A program made the translations under genes and the position numbers. Positions 11,987 to 25,334 of a DNA stretch of 64,000 bases are shown here, piece after piece. This stretch comes from Octopus vulgaris. Taxonomy: Eukaryota. The notes under the pieces were generated by a model. It was not told the DNA's origin, did no database searches, and saw only the letters and a list, made by a program, of their open reading frames with translations. Position 1 is the first letter of the stretch; each line of letters starts with the position of its first letter. Location of the stretch: contig OX597825.1 of assembly GCA_951406725.2 (NCBI GenBank), positions 5,270,001-5,334,000 on the forward strand. Direction: 5' to 3'.

Positions 11987-12193
11987 GGAGAGCGTGCGGA
12001 AAAGTGCCTGGGTTTAGCTAAAAGGAAATACAGGAGGATCAGTTAATTATGATTTTATGCAACATATTCCTCTCTCAGATTCACACATTTAATGCAGAGG
12101 TCTTTCTGTTTTTCTAAAAGAACTCGGAAATCTGGGCCTTCAAGTAAGCTTTTTGCGATACCCTTACAGCCAGGAACTTTTCAGCACCCCTCG
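11987..12193. mobile_element. Mariner-derived MITE
   Basis: The right end AGCCAGGAACTTTTCAGCACCCCTCG is an imperfect inverted copy of the left end GGAGAGCGTGCGGAAAAGTGCCTGGG. No coding capacity. Confidence 0.65.
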
Positions 12194-13057
12194 GATATGA
12201 ACGTATGAACGTATGTATGTATATATGTATGTATGAAGTGGGCAATTTGACATTATTATCGAAGTCACTGACCCAAAGTTCTGTGCGTTGAAATCGAACC
12301 TCGAACTGGTTGGTTGTTAAGCAAATCATCTTACTCGTAACCACACGAGCAAACTTGCAACTATAATTATTCTCTTCGCACATTTTTCTGTTCATAAAAT
12401 AAAAAAAAAAATGAACGCTACAAAACACAAACATATGCCATAATATGTGATTGATTATGTCTGATATTTTAATAGGTTTATAAACAGTCTGGTATTAAAG
12501 GAGACGAGTGGACGTTTGCGTGGGCGGAGGTGAGCTGCTACGTTCTTCCGTATCATTATTTATGCCGAGTAATACTTGCCATACGTGACATAATGTATAA
12601 TTTTACATAAATTTAATATATGATACTTACATCTATGTCATATTTCATTACAATTCATTTTCATTTTACACGTGTGAGGGGGCGCGTGTTTAGTATCTAT
12701 GCTTAGGTGAGTCTCTGGTTGTAAGAGCATCTCTGTATGAAAGGGTGGGTGCGTTTGTTTTGTGTGTGTGTGAACTCTACATTCATTAATAAGCGACAAT
12801 TTTGCCATGTACACTCAGAGTTCAGCAGAGTTATTGAAGAGATCCATAATTTTTTTTGTCCTTTTAATTTCCATTTATTTTTTGTTTAGATTTTTTTTCT
12901 TACACTTCTCATGAAATAAATGGTATACAGCGTGATACGATAGTCACGTGCAAGTACAAACTAGCATCACCATATGTTAATACCTAAAGACATATACATA
13001 CGTACATACATGTACGAACATACACACACTCATATAGATATACATGTACATATATAC

Positions 13058-13090
<33 letters not shown>

Positions 13091-13484
13091 TGTAGGCATG
13101 TATGTATGTATGTATGTATGTATGTATGCATATATGTATGTATGTATGTAGGTATGTATGTATGTATGTATGTATGTATGTATGTATGTATGTATGTATG
13201 TATGTTTGTATGCATGTATGTATGTATGTATATATGTAGCCATGTATGTATGTATGTATGTATGTATGTATGTATGTATCTATGCATGTATCCTGGAAGC
13301 ATTGAAGACCAGCATTCAATTTTCTCTTTACTGAAGGGTCAACTTAAAATTGATGCATGTCACACGCACCAGTACGTATATATGTACGTGTGTGTTTGTG
13401 TGCTTGTGCGTGTATGCATGTATTCACATATGTATATGTATATACCTCCTTATATCCATTTAGCTATACATAATGCATACATAG

Positions 13485-13547
<63 letters not shown>

Positions 13548-13638
13548 TGGAGGAGAATAGTCAGAGATGATATCATGAACATACACAAACAGTCGTATAA
13601 TTAAACACGCATAGAGAGAGAGAGACATATCGAACTAA

Positions 13639-13678
<40 letters not shown>

Positions 13679-13937
13679 TACACATTCGTTTAGTTATGTG
13701 CGTGGGTGGCGTGGGTGGCGTGGGTGTGGATAGAAGTATTACAAATCCGCCAGTCTCTTTCCCCATTACAGAAGATTGAACTAAATATTGAAGCATGTCA
13801 CACGCACATTTACATATGCGTGCATCGATATATACATATACATATATATATAAATATATATACTTATATATGTATATATATATGTATATATATGTATATA
13901 TATATATATATATACATATATACATATATATATATAC

Positions 13938-14005
<68 letters not shown>

Positions 14006-14277
14006 GTATGCATGCATGCGTGCATGAATTGCATGTGCGCAAATCTCGAAGTTCATAACTGGAAGCCTTTTTCTTTTTGTTTTTCAGAGGTGTGTGTTTG
14101 ACTGTGTTTCCTTTCTGTTCAAATTTCATTATCTTCCTCATCCTTAATCATCATCATCGTCAGCAGCATCACCATCAGCAGCGGCAACAGCCGCAGAGCC
14201 GCAGCACCTGCTGTTGTAGCAACAGCAGTAGCAGCCTTCCCTTTTTACAAGTTTGTAATCTTTGCTATCCGCTTCTT

Positions 14278-14289
14278 GATCATCATCAT

Positions 14290-14367
<78 letters not shown>

Positions 14368-14429
14368 AATTATTGCTGTTTTCGTTGTTGTTGTTGTCGC
14401 TGTTGCTGATGCTACTGTTGCTTCTGTGT

Positions 14430-14461
<32 letters not shown>

Positions 14462-14594
14462 ATTCCCTTTCCCTGTCTTTTTTCACTTTCGTTTTTGTCT
14501 TTGCTTTTTTTCCCTTCGACATACTTCACTATTTCTCGCCTCCAATCTATCTCCAAATTCCTGCATCATTCCTCTCTAGTCATGTACTGCATAC

Positions 14595-14665
<71 letters not shown>

Positions 14666-14744
14666 CAACAACATCATCATCAACAATAATAATAATATTA
14701 ATAACAACAACAACAACAACAACAACAACAGCAACAGCAGCAGC

Positions 14745-14823
<79 letters not shown>

Positions 14824-14837
14824 GAGATAATAATAAT

Positions 14838-14870
<33 letters not shown>

Positions 14871-14970
14871 AAGAAGAAGAAGAAGAAGAAGAAGAAGAAG
14901 AAGAAGAAGAAGAAGAAGAAGAAGAAGAAGAAGAAGAAGAAGAAGAAGAATGATAATAATAATAATAGTA
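14278..14970. repeat. Compound trinucleotide microsatellites (CAT)n, (GTT)n, (AAT)n, (AAC)n, (AAG)n
   Basis: Read directly from the sequence. Confidence 0.95.
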
Positions 14971-15349
14971 AATAGTGTCGTACATTAGTCAACAGAGAAA
15001 AGTAATTAAACAAGTCAGCGTTGCTGCTTGATTTCCGTGTTTGGTTTTCGGAAAGTGTGAACAACACGAAATCTGATCGAGAAGATTGTCCAAGGAAGTA
15101 ATTTGATATAAATAAATACACAGAATAAACGAATATATAAATAAAAGAAAGAAATAATTAGTCAGAGAATGGCTTAGAGGTATTAAGGTATGCGGGGAAA
15201 AGATCTTTTCATTTACTTTTCCATTTTAAAAAATTTTTTTATCTTTCGAAAATCACGAAATTTCTACCTCCAAATGAGAAGACATTGTGATGCACATACG
15301 GTTCCATAAATTATTAACACTGCAACTTCTGTTGTTTTTTTTAAATTTT

Positions 15350-15845
15350 ATTTCTACTATAGTCACATGACATGAAATTTTCGAAGGCTGGTCCTTGCTG
15401 ATTATATCGACCCCATTGCTGAACTTGTATTTTATTTTATCGAGTTTGAAACGATGAAAGGCAAAAACGACCTCTGCACGATCTAACCCTAACATTTAAA
15501 GAGCTGGAAAGAATACCGCTAAGCATTTTCTCTGACACACCAACGTTTCTTCCAGACTTGCCCAAATTGAAAGGATGCATAGAGCTCACTCAAATAATGC
15601 CCACCACTGAGGAAAAAAATGGGATTGGGTATATTCTTTTCTACTCTAGGCGCAAAATTTTGGGGCAAGAGGGGGACAGTCAATTAGATCGACCCCTGTA
15701 CGCAACTGGTACTTAATTTATCGACCCAAAAATGATGAAAGACAAAGTTGACCTCGGCGGAATTTGAACCCAGAGCGTAAAGACAGACAAAATACTGCTA
15801 AGCATTTCGCCCAGCGTGCTAACGCTCCTGCCAGTTCGCCGCCTT
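15350..15845 (-). mobile_element. Two SINE family M copies (about 15350-15560 and 15633-15845)
   Basis: CTACTCTAGGC...CAACTGGTACTTAATTTATCGACCC...GACCTCGGCGGAATTTGAAC...GCCAGTTCGCCGCC. Confidence 0.8.
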
Positions 15846-15877
15846 CTCTAAATGTAAATATTACTATATAATATAAT

Positions 15878-16176
15878 CCGATGGCCTCTCTGCCAAAGAC
15901 GACATATGAGTGTTCAGCTTTTGCCCAACGACCTGCACAAATGATTTGTTTATAGAGATCAAATGTCCGTGCCGCACGTTAGCTCACTCTCTCCATCAAA
16001 TCGACGTTACCTGAACAGGTGCACAGGTGTATCACAGGTGTATCAGGTGTGGTAGTGATCGCAGAGCAAGGTGAGTTGAAGTGTTTTCCTTAAGAACACA
16101 ACGCACCATTCAGTCTAGTAATTAAAACGACGATCTCCCGACTGGAACATCTTAACTATTAGGTCATGCGTCCTCA
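15878..16176 (-). mobile_element. tRNA-derived SINE (family C-like head)
   Basis: Minus-strand head GGACGCATGACCTAATAGTTAAG and GCGTTGTGTTCTTAAGGAAAACACTTCA, similar to the heads at 28767 and 58422. Confidence 0.55.
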
Positions 16177-16289
16177 TAATATAATATAATATTGTATAAT
16201 AAAGCGGCGAGCCGATCTGATCGAGTGGCCCTTCCCCCAAAATTTCGGGCCCGGTGTCTAAAGTAGAAAAGAATATGTTCTAGTCCAAA

Positions 16290-16505
16290 TGGCGGCAAGC
16301 TGGCAGAAACGTTAGCACGCCGGGCGAAATACTAAACGGTATTTCGTCTGTCTTTACTTTCTGAGTTCAAATTCCGCCGAGGTCGACTTTGCCTTTCATT
16401 CTATCGGGGTCGATAAATAAAGTACTAGTTGCGTACTGGGGTGGATCTAATCGACTGGCTCCTTCCCCCAAAATTTCGAGCCTTGTGCCTAGAGTAGAAA
16501 AGAAT
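16290..16505 (+). mobile_element. SINE family M, near complete
   Basis: GGCGGCAAGCTGGCAGAAACGTTAGCACGCCGGGCG...GAGTTCAAATTCCGCCGAGGTCGACTTTGCCTTTCAT...CCTAGAGTAGAAAAGAAT. Confidence 0.88.
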
Positions 16506-17174
16506 ATTTACTTTTAAAAGCAACAACACAACTGAACCACTTCTCGAAAATCTATCTTTACCAATTCAGTATTAATACAAGTCTCACCTTACCATCCGTG
16601 ACGAACACAAACGACAACGAAGGCCGCCATCAACCTGACAGCACAACCAACCCAACGACATCACGATCATAAACACCAGCATCACTCCTAGCATCACCGA
16701 CGCTACTACCAGTTCCACCATTATCACTGCCAACCCAGAACCATTAGCAGCGCAGTACCACTATTTACCAAACGTCATTCACACCAACAACAACAACACC
16801 AGCATCACCAACATCACCGCCAGCTTAACAGTATCACCCTAACAATATATGGTACACAATAGAAGAAATGTAATTAACAATTAAATTCAATTAAAATGAT
16901 TGTGGTGGTGACGTCACCGGAAGCGAAACTATCCATTTTTGATATTCAATTAGTCTTTTATTGCACACAAATTCTTGATGTCAGCTGCTTATTTCATGTT
17001 AGTTTATTCGCTGAGGGCTTTCAATCTGTCTGAATACGCATCTCTCTCCCTTTTTGCTCCCGACCTCTCCTTTCATCTGCCAAACTCTCTCTCTCTCTCT
17101 GTCTTTCTGTCTTTCTTCTCTCTCCCTACACACATAAACACATGCATACACACACACACATATATACATATATA

Positions 17175-17228
<54 letters not shown>

Positions 17229-17245
17229 CAGAGGTACAACAAGGT

Positions 17246-17282
<37 letters not shown>

Positions 17283-17286
<4 letters not shown>

Positions 17287-17560
17287 AATTTTTTGCGTAA
17301 TAAGCTAAAAAATACCAAGGCTGTGTAGATATTAGAGCATTTATAGATAGAATGTCTTACAACTGTTTCTAGGATATTAATTGATTATATCCCTTCATCG
17401 GAGACGGTGTGAGAAGAAAGTTAAGTCGTAGTTAGTTTTGATCTGATACAAAATATAGAGTGAGGTGGAGGAAAGAAAATAGATGCAAGACATGTATGGG
17501 TATTGAAGTTGTAAATCCATTTTTAGGCATAATGGTATACATGCAATATTCCAATATCCT
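17283..17560 (-). mobile_element. (TA)n-associated Penelope-like terminal fragment
   Basis: Homologous to 11550-11745 and abuts (TA)n. Confidence 0.6.
17354..17405 (-). ncRNA. Degenerate type I hammerhead motif
   Basis: gtct-CCGATGA-a-gggatat..atatccta-GAAAC-agtt-GTA-agac. Stem I gtct/agac. Confidence 0.55.
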
Positions 17561-17773
17561 ATGAGTAAAGTCCAAAAGTCTATCCCTACTGGGAATGACC
17601 AAGTTTAAAAATCTGCTGAATCTCACTCATAAGGGAATCTTACATTGCTTATAAACTCTATATTTGGATGCACTCATATTAAACTCTGTTGGACTTTATA
17701 TTTATATTTATATTTAAACATTATTTATATTATTACATGATCGAACGCCACGCATCCTTTCCCGAATAAGCTT

Positions 17774-17799
<26 letters not shown>

Positions 17800-17804
<5 letters not shown>

Positions 17805-18020
17805 GTGTCTGTATTTGTCCCTCCCCCACCATCGCTTGACAAGTGATGTTGGTGTGTTTACATCCCTGTAACTGAGTGGTTCGGCAAAACGGACCGACAG
17901 AATAAGTACTAGGCTTAGAAAGAATAAATCCTGGGGTCCATCTGTTCGACTAAATGCGATGCTCCAGCATGGCCGCAGTCAAATGACTGAAACAAATAAA
18001 AGAATAAAAAAATAAAAGAA
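17800..18020 (+). mobile_element. SINE family B, 3' half
   Basis: CGCTTGACAA...GGTTCGGCAAAA...CTCCAGCATGGCCGCAGTCAAATGACTGAAACAAATAAAAG. Confidence 0.8.
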
Positions 18021-18334
18021 TGACTGAACGCAGTTTCCACGTCTGAACTTCTCCGTTTTATTTCAATTTTTCATCAAACTTTGTATATTAATATCAATTG
18101 TACCAACAAATTATAAAGCAACTAAGATATTCTATTACAAGCAATAAATTTCATTTATTGTTTCTCAGATACCAATATTTTTGTATTGTGTGAAGCTCTG
18201 TGAGTGTTTTGTGTTTATATACGTCGAAGTCTATTTGCTTGTGATTAATGTTTCTTTTTAAAGTAATTCTATACCGGAAACGAAGTAAGTTATAGAATTT
18301 TACAACACTTAATATTATATTATATTAAATTTTA

Positions 18335-18722
18335 AGGTCGCGAGCCGCCAGAATCGATTAGCACGTCAGGCAAAATGCTTGCCGGTATTTCGACAGCCTT
18401 TACGTTTAGAGTTCAAATTCCGCCGAAGTCGACTTTGCCTTTCATCCTTTCGGGGTCGATTAAATAAATACCAGTTTCGTACTGGGGTCGATGTAATCGA
18501 CTTAATCCGTTTGTCTGTACTTGTTTGTCTCCTCTATATTTAGCCCCTTGTGGTATTTCGTCAGCCTTTACATTTGGAGTTCAAATGCTGCCGTGGTCGA
18601 CTTTACCTTTCATACTTTCGGCGTCCATAAAATAAGCATCAGTCGAACACTGAGATCGATGTAATTCACCAAACGCCATCCACCCCCGAAATTGCTGGCC
18701 TTGTGCCAAAATTTGAAATCAA
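18335..18722 (+). mobile_element. Two adjacent SINE family M copies
   Basis: GAGTTCAAAT..GCCG..GTCGACTTT.CCTTTCAT occurs twice (about 18410 and 18577). Confidence 0.8.
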
Positions 18723-19439
18723 TATCTATCGAATTTGAATTCTCATAAGCTGTTAGTATTTAAGAAGATAAAATGGTGTGAGCGAAAGTTTACATGGATC
18801 AGTTAATAAGCATTTATCTGCATTCACGTAATTTCGTGTGAATAAGTATGATATAATTGTATCTATCTGTCAGTCAGTCGGTCTGTATGTATCCATGCAT
18901 ACGGGAATGCAAATGCGTACGTGTGAATACGAGTATTGGTGTGCAAATATATTAATAGCATGCCGCCAATATCATGCACTTGATTCTTCTATCCAGCGGC
19001 CTCATCCGTTTATGAATTTTATGAATGCCTGACAAACTGAAACATCTCTATACATATCAACCAGGATTAGACGAATGGGTATAAGGAAGGCGGTAAACGT
19101 GGCTTCTGATAAGAAGAGATCACGATATGTTTAAAATAGCAGGGGAACTGTCAAAGAATATTTCATAGATGATAACATTTCATGGATTAATTGGTGCATT
19201 GTTTGGTTTGGAATAAAATATGACGGTAGAAGGGTTGGAGATGAAAACGTAAGGGGTTGTTGGTAAATAAGGGAAAGTACGTGCACGTGAAATAGATGGT
19301 AAATGGAAATAAATGTAGAGGTCATGGTACTTGACAGAAGATATATTGAATGTTTCTGTGTGTGCGTGTGTGTGCATAGATAGTTAAATAGACAGACAGA
19401 TGGATGGATGTATAGATAGACAGATAGATAGACCAACTC

Positions 19440-19549
19440 TGCTGGTCAAACGGTAGTGGGGTACAGACACACACACATACACACACGCATATATATGTAT
19501 GTATGTATGTATGTATATATATATATATATGTGTATATATGTATGTATG

Positions 19550-19584
<35 letters not shown>

Positions 19585-19750
19585 ATATATATATATATAT
19601 AATTTTCCGTCTACCAAATCCACGCACAAGGCTTTGGTCGGTTCAAGGTTATAGGTGAAGACACTTGCCCAAGGTGCCACGCTGTGGGACTGAACCCGGA
19701 ACCACGTGTTTGGGAAGCAAGTTTCTTACCACACAGCCACACCTGCGCCT
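19440..19750 (-). mobile_element. SINE family B with internal microsatellite
   Basis: CACTTGCCCAAGGTGCCACGCTGTGGGACTGAACCCGGAACCACGTG. Confidence 0.8.
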
Positions 19751-20761
19751 AAATATATATATGTTTAACTTAAGTTTAGTATTAAGTAGAAAAATCTGTT
19801 GTATTCTTCTAAAGTCTGTTGCATTGTCACAGTCCACAATAACTTACTTGGCTTTCAAAACTAATGTAATATTTTCCTACCTCAACTTAACACATCCGCA
19901 ACATGTAATATTTTCTGTATATTACAATTTTTACTTACATATATATTTTTCTCTATTACACCACTTGAGGTTGACCCTTATTCTTTCTCTTCAGTTTAGT
20001 TTTAATATTCTCAACTAAAACAATCTCTTTTATATCTAATAATAATAATACAACTGTTTTACATATTAACGTTGTTTCAATAACAACCAATGTTTTACGT
20101 TTATACATTTTATTGATTCAAAACGATTCGGAATAAGACAATATTTTATTTTAATTTTATTTATATTTCACTCAAATACTTTTGACTTAGTGAGCGAAAA
20201 TCACGTTATTATGCTATGAAAGATAATGTATGTTGCTTTTAATATACGTATTAATATATGTATATAAATTTTATATATTTTCTATTAAATATTTATTGTA
20301 ATGTAATACCTCATTTGAATGATTTATGTGTTATGCCCATCGATTTTTATTTGCTTTTGTTTCGATAGATTATGCTACCAGCTCAGAGCCTAAGGTTACA
20401 AATCGTAAAGTTGATCAACCAATTCTGACAGGTAGAACTTCTTACCTAATGAACATTAAAAAGTGTATAATTTTAAAGTATATTATTAAATTTATCTTCT
20501 TTTAATCAGAATAATTAAAGCAACGGAAATTTTGATTTATTGTTAATTTCAATATTTCTACGTTTCTTAAAAACATTTTTATCTGTGAACACTTTTGACT
20601 ATAATTTAGTTTAGTATAAAGACACTATTTAAGACACCAACGAAATTAATTATCATTATTTTTTTCTTTGGTTTCCTGAGCAAATTAAATGTATAATTAC
20701 TACCGCATCTCTCATTCAACTTTAAAGGAATTTTTTTTCGTAAAATATCTTCAAATAAAAG

Positions 20762-20871
<110 letters not shown>

Positions 20872-22336
20872 GTATGTGTGTGTGTGTGTATCTATCTGTG
20901 TGTGTATGTATGTAATAAAACAATAATTGGTCTTGTTCTACGTGTCTTTACTTCGTTTAATCAATCAACTTATTGTAAAATACATTGACTAGCACATTAA
21001 TACTGATATAATTTTCTATTAGATATATAGATTAGGCAGTATATTTAATTTCAATTAAATATTTATCATAATAGAAATTTTGTGATCATTAAATTAAGAA
21101 AATACAAAAGTTTCAACTTAATGATACTTAATGAATTTTTTACGTCTTTGTAATTAAAATTAATTCCTTTATAATTAATAATGTAATAATTTTACCGACA
21201 TTTTATCTCTTATCATTTATTTTCTACTTGTTTCACTCATTGGATTGCGGCTACGCTCGGACACCACCTTCAAGAATTTTGTAGAAATCTTTGCTCGGCC
21301 CGAGTCTATAGATGAAGACACTTGTTCAAAGTTCCACACAGTGGGACTGAACCTGGAACCATGTGGTTGGTAAGCATACTTGGGCTTCTACACAGTTTCC
21401 CTCAGCCAAATTCGAACTTTGCCCAAATGACAATATAAGGCTGATGAGTTTATTAATATCTGAATTTCTGTTGCTACTCCGTATCATATTCGACTAAGAA
21501 TGCGTTTAAATTCCACTCAAGTCTATTGTATCAATAAGAACAGGAATATTCACACGTTTGGCTTAATACAATCGAAGTACATTAAGAAGTCTAGACAATT
21601 AAGTGTTAACATTTCTTTATTGATAGCAGACAATTTATGGCCAAGTCTTCTGGACGCCTGTCAAAAGTTCGTTCTGCTTTGAATATTGGAGAGTTGTTTG
21701 GTAATAACATTGATACTGGAGATTATAGAAACGAAAATGGTTTTAGTCTGTTGGAAGTCGGAGGTGGTTAGTAATGGCGTTAATTGTCGTTGTGGTTATG
21801 GAGCCCGAGTGGTTACGATGATGGGGATGATGGTAGTGTTTGTGATGGTGAAGTTTAGAGACGTTGGTTCGTGGCGATAGGGTTTGGGGTTGTTGTTTCG
21901 GATAATGGGATGATGATGATGATGATGAGGAGGAGGAGGAGGAGGATTACAACGACGACGACAACAAAAGCGATAACGAAAATGATCACGATGACGATAA
22001 ATATGAACATCATGACGACGACAACGATGATGATGATGAGGAGGAGGAGAAGGAGGAGGATGAGGATGATGAGGATGATGATAATTAAGACGATGGTAAT
22101 CATTTCGTCGATGACGCTCATAATGAATAGGATGATGATGCAGAAGGGGAAGAGAGCAGAGACTGGAGTAGGGTGCAGTATGTGTGTGTGTGTGTGCGCG
22201 TGTGTGTGTGTGCGCGCGTGTGTGTGTGTGTGTGTCTGTGTAATGGCGTGTGGCTTAGTGATTAGGTACCAATATAGATAATTAGCGAAAAAGAGGGAGT
22301 GAGTGAGCGTGTGTGTGTGTGTGTATGTGTGTGTGC

Positions 22337-22368
<32 letters not shown>

Positions 22369-22716
22369 TTGTTAGAGTACGAATATATGGAATTGTAAAC
22401 AATGCTTTAGCTCAATCAGTCCCCACCCCCGAATCATCTTCAGTATTAAATACTAAACTACTATTTCACTGTCTCCGAGTAGGTCGGTTAAGTAGATTTT
22501 GTTTCACACATTTAAGGGAGCAGCTTGCAATTGTTTCTTCGCGAGTATGAGAAAATCTCCTGTGGCCTTCGTGTTATGTTATGGTCTTTTTTCCTTTCTC
22601 GCTGCTCCATAAGGGACTGCGATGCGGATGTATTTTCCTTTGTCACGTATATCTTCCAGGCAAACGTCTTCTCATATCCTGATCACGCCTGGCTGTTTGT
22701 TTTATCGCTTAATTCC

Positions 22717-22858
22717 CTGGTTGGAGAGCTCCTTTATGTTGATGATTTAGTTCTTGTTGCTCCCACCGAAGAGGACATGCAGACTATATTGGATCTCTTC
22801 TCTAGAGTTTGTATCGCTTTTGGACTTACGATTAGTATAAAGAAAATAAAGATGATGA
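22717..22858 (+). pseudogene. RTE-clade LINE reverse transcriptase fragment
   Basis: ELLYVDDLVLVAPTEEDMQTILDLFSRVCIAFGLTISIKKIKMM, with the YxDD motif and the FGLTISxKKT-type motif. Confidence 0.8.
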
Positions 22859-23373
22859 AGAAGGCTAAAAGTCAAAATAAAACAAGAAAGAGATACAGAA
22901 GAAAGGGTGAATTCGAAGAAACGACAAACACAGACTCGCAGATGACAACACCATCACAAACACCCACAACAGAATCAGAAATACAACAAACTTTGAAAAA
23001 AAAAATGTCGCTAAACAACCTTCCGCATAGCAGTGGAAGTTCGTGCAAGTAAGGAGGGCCAGTGAAAAGCTGATGGCCGCTCTAGCATAAAACAAGAACA
23101 TCGAAACAGAGGGGGTGATCTGCAGCCCCGACACATTTAGAGTACCGGATAGCCTAATGATGGTGCGAATGACATTAGGGACTTATTCGAGCATTAAGCG
23201 GAGCTACTCATATGACACTGGATCTCCCAGAGTAACGGCCAGCTTTTAAGGGTGTTCCCAGAGAAACCCAAGGAAACAGACAGGGTGGGAGGATCACTCG
23301 AACACAAACAGCACCAGGAGAGTAAGTGACACTCCCTTTTTCCTTTCCTTACTTCCTGACCAGATTGGTCGTT

Positions 23374-23790
23374 CTTAAAGTAGGGTGTATAAATGTCCGT
23401 GGCCTGGGTCGTCGTGAAAACAAGGACACTTGCGCAACAACCCCAGATGGCTAAGTCTGGATGTGAGATCAGTGAGATCAGGATCGCGGACACACGGGTC
23501 TTGGCTCCCATTTTCGATGAATTTAAGATTATCGCATCCCTCAGTCGGCTGGGAGTGGAGGTGGGGTGTCAGTGTTGTTTAGAAAGGGCCTGGATCTCGA
23601 GATACGGTCTATCTTTCTGGACCCGTCCTGGTCGGTAGTGCTGGACGTGAACGATAAGGAAGGCAATGCTTTTAGACTGGTTGTAGTGTACGCACCGACT
23701 GAGAGGGGCAGCCGGAGTTCTTCAGACGCCTGGAAGCTTTTCTAGGGACGTCCATTTTGGATGCACGTGTGGATTGGGTGGGGCTAGCAG
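23374..23790 (+). pseudogene. L1/Tx1-type LINE AP-endonuclease fragment, frameshifted
   Basis: LKVGCINVRGLG...ISEIRI...GGVSVLFRKGLDL...FRLVVVYAPT...EFFRRLEAFL. 22860-23370 may be decayed ORF1 sequence. Confidence 0.75.
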
Positions 23791-23950
23791 ATAGGAAAAT
23801 GGACCTTGCCTATCGTCCTTTCGAGGTCGATAAACTAATGACCAGTGAAATACTGGGGTCCGTGTAATCGACCAGTACCCTCCCCAAAACATTTCAGGCC
23901 TTGCGCTTTTATAGAGAGGATTATTATAATCATCGTCGTCGTCGTCATCG

Positions 23951-24017
<67 letters not shown>

Positions 24018-24099
24018 TATTATCATTATTATTATCATTATTATTATTATTATTATTAGTAGTAGTATTATTATCATTATCATTATTATATCATCATCA

Positions 24100-24157
<58 letters not shown>

Positions 24158-24637
24158 GTTTCCGACAAAAAGGTCGGAGCGTTTAAAAGAAATCCTAAAT
24201 CTTTAATTGGATACATGATCGAAACTCGTTTTCTCACACTTGAAAACAAGGAAGTTCTTAAGTGCAAAACCTTTCCATTTTGCAGAAAGCATTAAATCCA
24301 AACAGAACTTGCAGATTATCTTCATTCATGTCTGTGAGGAAAATTACTAAAGACAGCTGATGAAAACGATAATCCTATTCCACTTGCTTAAAAGGTCAAG
24401 GGAAACTGATGAGCAATTTATAGAATTCCTGGAATACGCTCGTCGTTTCTTCTGACTTCAAGGTAAATCCAATGAATTATAAAATCACACATGAGGGGTA
24501 TTAGTGGAACATGCAGTATACACACACACTGTTAAATACAAACACGTCCTTTCCCATATTTGTGTGAGTGTGTGTGTGTGTATCTATATATACATATCTG
24601 TATACACACACGTACGCGCACGCACGTATACACACAC

Positions 24638-24730
<93 letters not shown>

Positions 24731-25109
24731 GGAGAACAAGAATACTTGAAGCCACTAAAGAGAGATTAGTAGGAGGGAAACCGAAACTGAAATAGAAAAG
24801 TTTTATTCAGGTGTTTTCGTGAACGATTGATATGCACAAAAATTCAAGAAAATAACATAACTGGAAGCGTCTGAGTTCGGTCTTCACTAAAGGCAGCGAT
24901 TCGGAAACAGCTTGAGGAGTCATGTCCTAGGTGGACACGGTGGATCCCTTGAAGTGTCAGGAATCAGCGGGCCGAAATGCATTTGATGAGAGGTTTCCCT
25001 ATGAAGATTTTGCCTGTTGTCCCCTCGCCCCGTAACAATTTTCCACTCAGTACACACAACACACAATTACACATACATGGGCATAAAAACCCTAGCACAT
25101 ACACAGGGA

Positions 25110-25159
<50 letters not shown>

Positions 25160-25245
25160 TAAACAGTAAAAATAATTACAGACATGGACAAGAACATGAA
25201 ACGCCACAGAGACGACACAAGAACCACAGGACGGGACATTCGAAG

Positions 25246-25334
25246 CCCTCAGTCATCAGTCAAGAACCAGATCATCTTAGCAATTTCGGCTGATTAATCT
25301 TGAGATTGCTCCGATATGGGCAGCCCGCCAAGGG
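25246..25334 (-). ncRNA. Scrambled-order hammerhead-like motif (intact core)
   Basis: Minus strand: cccttgg-cg-ggctg-cccatatcgg-agcaa-TC-tcaaga-ttaat-cagcc-GAAA-ttgct-aagatgatctggt-tcttga-CTGATGA-ctgaggg. Confidence 0.6.

Noticed and set aside
16590-16845. Thr/Ser/Pro-rich mucin-like coding stretch
   Set aside because: It is degenerate (ACC/AAC) low-complexity sequence with stops and no splice support.
22525-23052. 175-aa ORF as an intact gene
   Set aside because: It is a chance fusion of an RTE RT fragment with adjacent, probably L1/Tx1-derived, sequence.
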